Source of the DNA: an uncultured virus (IMG/VR IMGVR_UViG_3300031951_000040)
Lineage: Duplodnaviria > Heunggongvirae > Uroviricota > Caudoviricetes
Reading direction: 5' to 3' (one strand)
IMG/VR virus record: IMGVR_UViG_3300031951_000040
Length of the DNA stretch: 64,000 nt
The stretch's first letter is position 1; the number at the start of each line of letters is the position of its first letter. Below, piece by piece: positions 57,376 to 64,000 of the stretch. The position numbers were made by a program, and so were the translations under genes. Below the pieces are notes generated by a model. It worked only from the letters and a program-made list of their open reading frames with translations. It searched no databases and was not told the DNA's origin.

Positions 57376-59211
57376 TTAAAACTCTATGTCACCATTCATC
57401 AGTTGTTCAAATAAATCAGGTTCTCTTTGGTTGACTTCCTTCCCATTTATTTTAACTTTCACCTTTTTAATATCAATGTGGTTCAATAATCTTTGTGACG
57501 CAAATTTTCTAACTCTTTGTTTTAATATTTCTAATGATTCACCAAAATACTCAGGTGGTAACTTATTACAAAAATGTCTCTCCTGAATACAGTCACCTGT
57601 TTTTTTGTTAAACTCACATGTTACTCTATCTGAACCACCGTTGGTCCTCAATGAAATTATCATTGATGATTCTTTGTTTGCGTAACTGGCAACACAGTGG
57701 TGCATAAATGTACCCTCTTCCGAATATTCTTCTTCTCTCTTTAATATCACAGGAGAAAAAATATGATTGTCGTTCTCAAATCGAGTCTTTATTTGTTCCT
57801 CCACTAATCTCACCATTCTGTTGTCATATTGATATTCGATTGACCAACCCTTTTTGATTAATGAACATGTCTTGGATAGTTCAATGTGCTCTGTATGAAA
57901 GTCCGTGTAATTTGTTGCCCTCATTTTTATGTTAGGGTCAAATTCACGAATCTTTTCAATCATATCGAAGTGGTCTTTTATCAAAGTGTATATACCTCGA
58001 GTAACCGACGATACTGAATGGTCTCCTGCCGGTTTGGGAATCAGGGAATTTAAAATTTTAATGATATTTTCCCTATCAACATTATCAATAAACAGGTGTC
58101 GGTGGTGATTTTTAGCACCTCTCAATTCAAGCGGTACCATAGAATGTGCATTACCATTATCTACCATAAAAAGATTAAAACATTCACTTTTCAAAGAACC
58201 GAGGTATTTTGGATAATCCTTTCCAAGTAAATCACACATACATGAAAACTCTTGTAAATTTAATTTTGGATTTTCATGGAAAAGTTTCAAGGTAAATTTT
58301 GAATTTATTCCGTAACTATCCAAAATAGATTGCATTAATTTTCTCTGATTCTTTTTAAGGTATTTTTCAGTTGGGTAATGTATTTTAATAAGTGGTACAA
58401 AGTCGTTTGGTGTTTTTATTTTTTTCTTTTCCGCAAAGAATTCAATAAAACTAGTTATAAAAAAATGTTTATCAAATAAGTTTCCAACGTTAGTAGGTAA
58501 GTTTGGAATGTGATTTTTAATAACATTTACAAATTCGTGTTCATTAAATGTGTCATCAAATTCCTTAGCGATTTTAAGATTGTTACTAAACTCTTTTTTT
58601 AAATTGAAAAGACTGTTTGAACCCAACAAGATTTCTAACGTAGTAAATGAATTTTTTCTAAATCTTTTGGATTTTATCTTTCCAAAATTCATATCCCCAA
58701 TCGTAAAATCTCCCTTCTGTAAATCAATTGTTAACGTCATTACCTTGGAAGATTTACGGAAATATTTCCAATTAAAATCACGATATCTGGTATTCTTGTA
58801 ACACCTTATGTAAAGTTTACCTTCTCTAAGTTCTATTGTTCTTTCAAATGTTACAATTTGTATTGATGAGAAAGGATTCCCATAATGTCTTTTTAAATGT
58901 TTTTCACTTGTTGTGTAACAAGGTTCTTTTGTCAATTTTATGAAAGAAACGTATTCTTTTTCTTTTTCACCATAAAAATATTTTGTCCTCGCACCCTTTG
59001 ATGGTCTTGGTTCCAATTTTATGGTTTCAAATTTGGTATCCCTATTTACAACGGGCTCAAGTGTCTTAACCTGTTCAGTAAATAAAAAATCATCATCCAG
59101 TTCTTTACCATCAGATACAACAATTGGTATTGGTCTATCTTCAGACAACATACAATTATCCCTAACTAAATCTATTCTGAAATAAGAAAATCTTTGTTTG
59201 ATGAGTTGCAT
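57376..59211 (-). CDS. PcfJ-like domain protein, paralog 2
   Basis: D...M...H.ELS; EEGTFMHHCVASY, IISLR, R.T.E, Q....N motifs. Confidence 0.75.
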   Translation of the reverse strand: MQLIKQRFSYFRIDLVRDNCMLSEDRPIPIVVSDGKELDDDFLFTEQVKTLEPVVNRDTKFETIKLEPRPSKGARTKYFYGEKEKEYVSFIKLTKEPCYTTSEKHLKRHYGNPFSSIQIVTFERTIELREGKLYIRCYKNTRYRDFNWKYFRKSSKVMTLTIDLQKGDFTIGDMNFGKIKSKRFRKNSFTTLEILLGSNSLFNLKKEFSNNLKIAKEFDDTFNEHEFVNVIKNHIPNLPTNVGNLFDKHFFITSFIEFFAEKKKIKTPNDFVPLIKIHYPTEKYLKKNQRKLMQSILDSYGINSKFTLKLFHENPKLNLQEFSCMCDLLGKDYPKYLGSLKSECFNLFMVDNGNAHSMVPLELRGAKNHHRHLFIDNVDRENIIKILNSLIPKPAGDHSVSSVTRGIYTLIKDHFDMIEKIREFDPNIKMRATNYTDFHTEHIELSKTCSLIKKGWSIEYQYDNRMVRLVEEQIKTRFENDNHIFSPVILKREEEYSEEGTFMHHCVASYANKESSMIISLRTNGGSDRVTCEFNKKTGDCIQERHFCNKLPPEYFGESLEILKQRVRKFASQRLLNHIDIKKVKVKINGKEVNQREPDLFEQLMNGDIEF

Positions 59212-59280
59212 TTTTGATATTTTTTACAAATATACCACTTTTTTAATGATATCCATATTTATTTTTATAAAATTATTAAC

Positions 59281-59433
59281 ATGGCAGCAGGAAAAAGTTC
59301 AAAAGGTAAATCATCAAACGCATCTATAAAGGTGAATTTTGGTAAAAGAAGATTAGGTAAAGCTAAAAAATCTTTTAATAAACACGATAAAAGTGAGAAA
59401 AACTACCGTGGACAGGGTAGGAGAACTAATTAA
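59281..59433 (+). CDS. Small very basic protein (50 aa, not in ORF track)
   Basis: MAAGKSSKGKSS...KNYRGQGR; ATATTTAT upstream. Confidence 0.6.
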   Translation: MAAGKSSKGKSSNASIKVNFGKRRLGKAKKSFNKHDKSEKNYRGQGRRTN

Positions 59434-59741
59434 AAAATACTCCCCAATAACCCAATTAAAGTATAAGATAACTTATACCCTGTGAACGCACCCAATGCCG
59501 AAGGGATTGGGAAAACTATCAACTTACCTAAATCTGTAACGTACTTTGGTCGATTAACTATCCGACCCATGTAATAATAGTAGACAATATAACCGATAAG
59601 AACAGCAAAGTCGGTTCTTGTTGCAATAAAAACAACAAGTGTCGCTCCGATGAAACCGAAAGTAAAATTGTCTCTAATTCCTTCCCATATCTCATAAGTT
59701 GTAGCATTTTTATATTCTTTTACGATTTTACGGAGCTTCAC
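59430..59741 (-). CDS. Membrane protein
   Basis: Several TM segments. Confidence 0.65.
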   Translation of the reverse strand: MKLRKIVKEYKNATTYEIWEGIRDNFTFGFIGATLVVFIATRTDFAVLIGYIVYYYYMGRIVNRPKYVTDLGKLIVFPIPSALGAFTGYKLSYTLIGLLGSIF

Positions 59742-59760
59742 TTGTTGTTATTTTATGTTA

Positions 59761-61137
59761 TTACTTATCAGAATTCAAGTTACCTTGAATTGACCATGTG
59801 AAATCTAATTTAACATCATTCTTAAATAACGATGTGTCCATCATATCAATGTATTGATTTGTGGTGTATCCATTCTTACCCGTCATAGTCGACAATGCGT
59901 GACATGACATACAGTTTGTTTGCATTCCATACACAAAATCAGGTCTGAATTTGTTTTGTAAACTGAAAACTTTTGGACCAAATCCACCCTCTAAATAAGG
60001 ATTGAAAGCAAGTATCGGTCTAGCGTTGTTGTCAGAACCGCCACTCACAGGTTGATTCGGCCAAACCATTGCGTATGCTGTACTAACTGCGTAGTGTGAA
60101 GCGGCGCCTTTAAGTTCTTTAGGTCTAAGACCTGCTTCAAATTTAGAACTTGGTGAAGGAGGGTTAGACGGGTCAGGGCACCAAAAATAAGTTTGCCATG
60201 TCCAATTTTTAAATTCTTTTGTTGTTACGTGCATGGCTACCAACAACACATAGTCACCTTCGATAAATTGTCTACTTGGTGTAGTTCCAACGTCTTGGTG
60301 ACTATTGAGATAGTCCGCACCTACTCTATCAATTTTATAATTAATAAAATCATTTACGTTACAGGTCGCATCTTTAATTTGTTCCTCTGTGGGATTTGAT
60401 GTTGTTACAGGTACTAACTTTTTATTCGGTTCCTGTTTATTATTAACATCGGCGTAAACCCATTGTTGCCATTCATTATATCTATACGCTTTGGCCGGAT
60501 TTGGTGATACCCAAACAGGTACTCTAATCAAACCGTTTTTACTTGGTACACCAGCATAATATGTTGGTTTGGTGGTGATTGAAGTATTAGGAAATTCAGG
60601 TACCGCACCAATTCCATCTTTTACCAAATATTTGTTCAATGACGATTGATTAAATAATTTGTTTGATGTTGCAAAATGTGCCGCAGATGGGTCATAAGAA
60701 ACTGTTTCCAACACAGTGAAGTTTGTGTCAATCTTTTGTCCCGCGAAAAGTTTACCATGTACAAATTGTTTCGGGATGTTAAGTTCAGTTCTGTTTGATT
60801 TTTCCATTGAACTTGAAACTTGACCCTGTGCAGACATTGCAGATAGTTCTTGAACACCCATCCAAGTTTCAAAAACCAACAATGTTTGACCATTGTATTT
60901 TTGTTTTGTTGGTTGAGTAAGTCCAGCCCAAATACCCCACGCGTGATTTACAATACTGGTTGTATCTTGATTCTCTAACCATCCGTAAATTTTCGTAGAG
61001 TCTTCAGGAAAATTGAATCCCGAAATACCTAAGTCCGTTGGGAACTCTTGTGGTTTAATTGTTTTACTCGTGTCAGAACATGAGTATACGATTGTAAACA
61101 ATCCTAAAATTAATAATAGTGTTTTTGTAATTTTCAT
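59761..61137 (-). CDS. Lipoprotein with a CxxCH heme-c attachment motif
   Basis: VYSC lipobox; AMHVTTKE..NWTW.T; TNCMSCHA. Confidence 0.7.
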   Translation of the reverse strand: MKITKTLLLILGLFTIVYSCSDTSKTIKPQEFPTDLGISGFNFPEDSTKIYGWLENQDTTSIVNHAWGIWAGLTQPTKQKYNGQTLLVFETWMGVQELSAMSAQGQVSSSMEKSNRTELNIPKQFVHGKLFAGQKIDTNFTVLETVSYDPSAAHFATSNKLFNQSSLNKYLVKDGIGAVPEFPNTSITTKPTYYAGVPSKNGLIRVPVWVSPNPAKAYRYNEWQQWVYADVNNKQEPNKKLVPVTTSNPTEEQIKDATCNVNDFINYKIDRVGADYLNSHQDVGTTPSRQFIEGDYVLLVAMHVTTKEFKNWTWQTYFWCPDPSNPPSPSSKFEAGLRPKELKGAASHYAVSTAYAMVWPNQPVSGGSDNNARPILAFNPYLEGGFGPKVFSLQNKFRPDFVYGMQTNCMSCHALSTMTGKNGYTTNQYIDMMDTSLFKNDVKLDFTWSIQGNLNSDK

Positions 61138-61141
61138 TTTT

Positions 61142-61390
61142 TTATTTGTTTTTATTTTTATTTTCTATAACTATGAACTTATTTATTTCGTGAAGAACTT
61201 CGGCAGTATCATATCTTACACTATAAACCACGTCCCATATTGTTCTATCATTATAAGAAGGGTGTAATCTTGATTGGGCCCATTTTTTGGCTTTATTAAA
61301 ATCCTCTACTGACCATTTTACTGGTTCAACTATTGTTGGGGAATTTAAACGCCTAAGTTTCATCAATAGCAGTTTTAAAAATTTAATCAT
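61142..61390 (-). CDS. Hypothetical protein
   Basis: Operonic ORF. Confidence 0.55.
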   Translation of the reverse strand: MIKFLKLLLMKLRRLNSPTIVEPVKWSVEDFNKAKKWAQSRLHPSYNDRTIWDVVYSVRYDTAEVLHEINKFIVIENKNKNK

Positions 61391-61562
61391 CTATATTTTT
61401 CAATTATCTGTTATGTTTTGGTGTATAACCAATAACCAATTGATAACTAAACCAACCAATTATTAATTCATAATCACCATTTAACCAACTGTTATATGTT
61501 ATTTTAACATATGGTAAAATATAAGATTGATATACAACTTTGTCAATACTTATTTTCATAGT

Positions 61563-62888
61563 TTAATTACTTAAGGGTGCTTTAATCGATGGGTGTGATT
61601 GATAATTTTCGATTTGAAAATCCTTATTTTCCAAATGAGTTATTAAAGATGAGTCTTCAGATAATGATTTATAAAATTCATCGGTCTTCATATGTTTTAG
61701 TTTGGGTAATTTATAAGGTTCTCTTGTGTATCGTGGTATTTTATATATCTCATAATATTCAGACATACCTCCACCAAATGGTGCTAAGTCTTTCAACGCA
61801 CTTTTATAACCATTAGGACCCATCGCCTCTTTTAACATACCTTCTCTCTCTTCATGTGTATACTTTCTACCGATTTGTTCTCTTGCTTGTTCAACATGGT
61901 TACTATACAAATGAGTATCACCTAAATTACCAATCAACTCATCAGGTACCATATTTACTTCTTTAGCAATAATCTCAAGTAACAAACCGTAAGAAGCAAT
62001 ATTGAATGGTAGACCTAAGAATGTGTCTACTGAGCGTTGATTCCACATTAAAGAGATTGCTCGTTTAGGAACTCTTAAACTATCCATGTGAACATCGTGA
62101 TAATCACTACTTTGATTTAAAGGGTCTTTTGTTGAGTTATAATAATTAATCCTTTCATCTAAACTCAACTCTCTCGTATAAACTTGAAATCCATAATGAC
62201 AAGGTGGAAGAACCATTTGGTCCAGCTCTCCAACATTCCAAGCATTGACCATTAATCGTCTTGAGTCTGGATTTGTTTTAAGGTCGTTGATTAGGTTTGT
62301 GATTTGGTCTATTGAATTGTTTTGGTATTCTATTTTGACACCATACTTGGTAACATCTTCACCGATTTCAATTGCTTTTAGTACTCTGTGTTGGTCAGAA
62401 CCTTTTACATCCTTTAAGTCGTAATTAGTCACATTCTTTCTACCCCATCTTCTCCATTGCTTACCATACACAGGTCCGAGGTCACCCCACTTCTTAGCAA
62501 ACTCATCATCGGTTTTTATTTTGTTGATGAATTCTTCTTTTGTTAATCGAAATCCTAACTCTAACATTTTTTCTTTTGACATATTAGGTAAGATTTTGGC
62601 ATCTTCAATTAGATAGTTCTTATACGCATCACCATCCCAAATATGACAATTGTTATCAACAAGGAACTTGATGTTTGTATCACCACGAAGGAACCATAAC
62701 AATTCGGTTACCATCGTCTTCCACGCCATTTTCTTGGTTGTAAGTAATGGAAACCCATCGGACATTTTATGACGGATTGTATAACCAAAAATAGATTTGG
62801 TTCCTGTACCTGTACGGTCTTTCTTTTCTACCCCATAATCTATAATAGTTTGGAGTAAGTCTGTGTATTGTTTATCTAATTTGTTCAT
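61563..62888 (-). CDS. thyA: Thymidylate synthase with large insertions
   Basis: DRTGTGT, FPLLTTKK, ELLWFLRG, LGPVYG.QWR, SRR, LPPCH, QRSVD.FLGLPFN, DTHLY motifs. Confidence 0.95.
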   Translation of the reverse strand: MNKLDKQYTDLLQTIIDYGVEKKDRTGTGTKSIFGYTIRHKMSDGFPLLTTKKMAWKTMVTELLWFLRGDTNIKFLVDNNCHIWDGDAYKNYLIEDAKILPNMSKEKMLELGFRLTKEEFINKIKTDDEFAKKWGDLGPVYGKQWRRWGRKNVTNYDLKDVKGSDQHRVLKAIEIGEDVTKYGVKIEYQNNSIDQITNLINDLKTNPDSRRLMVNAWNVGELDQMVLPPCHYGFQVYTRELSLDERINYYNSTKDPLNQSSDYHDVHMDSLRVPKRAISLMWNQRSVDTFLGLPFNIASYGLLLEIIAKEVNMVPDELIGNLGDTHLYSNHVEQAREQIGRKYTHEEREGMLKEAMGPNGYKSALKDLAPFGGGMSEYYEIYKIPRYTREPYKLPKLKHMKTDEFYKSLSEDSSLITHLENKDFQIENYQSHPSIKAPLSN

Positions 62889-63502
62889 TACTCAAATGTT
62901 TGAATTTTTGCGTCTACTTCTTTTAATTCAGACCACGTTCCAAGATACGTAATCGCTCTGACTTTTCTATTATCAATCCACACATATTCTTGGTCATCTT
63001 TGATTCTTGGTTTGTCCATAACCAATCCGTGATATTTAAAACCTTTTTCTTTTAACCATGTTTCGGTTACTTCACGGTCTTTACTTTCACGAGCGGTAAA
63101 AAATGTAATTACATTTCCCTCATCGTACCATTTGTTGATGATACCCAACGCGTTTGGGTAATGGTTAGCTGTCGGATAAAGATGTGAATCTTCATTTTTA
63201 ATGTCGTCACAAATTGTCCCATCAATATCAATCAGAAAAACCCGACTAACCATTTTTTGCGTTATTATGATGTCAGCAATTGTACTATGAAAAATATCAT
63301 CGTACATTACTTGACAATTTGTTTTTAAAACATACTCGACTTCATCACCGTCTTTTACATCATATTTTCCGCTTTTTATTTTTTCTAAAGTTTCTTTTGA
63401 TGCTTCAAAATTCTTTGATGAATCTTCAGAAACAATAAACCATCCTTCGACACTGTTAATAAGTTCGTCAGATTTTTTTTGATATATTAATTTACCTTTC
63501 AT
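62888..63502 (-). CDS. HAD-type phosphatase with an extra N-terminal domain
   Basis: IDIDGTIC, FFTAR, T..WL...G..Y..L.M.KP, WIDN motifs. Confidence 0.75.
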   Translation of the reverse strand: MKGKLIYQKKSDELINSVEGWFIVSEDSSKNFEASKETLEKIKSGKYDVKDGDEVEYVLKTNCQVMYDDIFHSTIADIIITQKMVSRVFLIDIDGTICDDIKNEDSHLYPTANHYPNALGIINKWYDEGNVITFFTARESKDREVTETWLKEKGFKYHGLVMDKPRIKDDQEYVWIDNRKVRAITYLGTWSELKEVDAKIQTFE

Positions 63503-63896
63503 TTCTAACCCATTTTCTATCTGAATTTAATGTAAAAGCACCAATAAAATCGTCACCCCGATTCCAATCTTTTGGTGATAATAATGATAATGTATTTACA
63601 CCATTAAAATTATATAAGTAATATGTTTCACCAACAATTGGGTCAAAAGAAATTTTTGATTCCCAAACCATTATTGAATCCACATACTCTCTTTGAAGTT
63701 TTTCTATTGATTGAATGATTTCTTCTCTTTGACGATTAAAGACATCAATCATTTTTTTTGAGGACTCTTTTTTTACGAGACCCACATTAGGTAATTCAAA
63801 TTTTGGCGAACCGATACTGGTAGGATAATGCTTTCTATTAGCGTCGTACCCATTTGTTTCATCCCAAACAACAATATCAGGTTTCTTTTTATTCAT
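63492..63896 (-). CDS. DUF2452-like protein
   Basis: YPTSIGSPKF, F.P.VG..Y.LY, LS...P..W, L.SD..W motifs. Confidence 0.65.
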   Translation of the reverse strand: MNKKKPDIVVWDETNGYDANRKHYPTSIGSPKFELPNVGLVKKESSKKMIDVFNRQREEIIQSIEKLQREYVDSIMVWESKISFDPIVGETYYLYNFNGVNTLSLLSPKDWNRGDDFIGAFTLNSDRKWVRNER

Positions 63897-64000
63897 CCTC
63901 CAAACCGTCCATTAAAGTTACGTCCCAATCTGAAAAATCGTCACCTAATTCCATACCCAATTTCAAATTTTCCAAAAAATTTTTTTCCCATTCCTCATAA

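Noticed and set aside
61563..62888. Intein, intron, or dCMP hydroxymethylase in the enlarged thyA
   Set aside because: Inserts are short and in frame, without intein C/S...HN or LAGLIDADG motifs; the LPFN asparagine typical of dUMP-specific enzymes is present.
1..64000. Stop-codon reassignment, as occurs in some large Bacteroidota phages
   Set aside because: Long known genes (thyA, helicase, aminotransferase) are intact in the standard code, and TAG and TGA both end genes right before terminators or next starts.
1..64000. tRNA, rRNA, transposase or integrase genes
   Set aside because: No cloverleaf with T-loop consensus and no DDE or tyrosine-recombinase motifs were recognised by eye.

Overview
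AT-rich, gene-dense segment of a large tailed bacteriophage, most likely infecting a Bacteroidota host. Dozens of promoters match the Bacteroidota sigma-70 consensus (TTTG...N~19-21...TAnnTTTG), and leaders are A-rich without Shine-Dalgarno sequences. The window has two convergent halves. (1) 1-24.0 kb, + strand: an early-type region of short promoter-gene-terminator units (DUF3846, DUF4314, DUF932, DUF6915/6878/6745-like module, ParB-N, Gp88-like, SprT, DUF1281-like, DUF4241, bPH_2, AP2-like). About 50 co-oriented copies of a ~10-bp motif TTWGWTTGGC run through it, between genes and inside ORFs. Some are paired with an inverted copy around a GTATKACA direct-repeat or IHF-like core. Many transcription units carry 3' segments antisense to early 5' leaders, including a candidate stand-alone antisense sRNA at about 12.2 kb. 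(2) 24.3-64 kb, mostly - strand: accessory and metabolic genes (PlcP/LpxH-like phosphoesterase plus GT2, NUDIX, UvrD-like helicase, aminotransferase, GH73, MgsA, DEDD exonuclease, NT5C, SPFH, peptidoglycan hydrolase, DenV-like glycosylase, two PcfJ-like proteins, CxxCH lipoprotein, ThyA with inserts), a structured ncRNA candidate at about 31.2-31.4 kb, and a second, probably late, ATATTTAT promoter class. No tRNA, rRNA, CRISPR array or transposase was recognised. All family calls come from motif recognition by eye, not database searches, and counts are manual.
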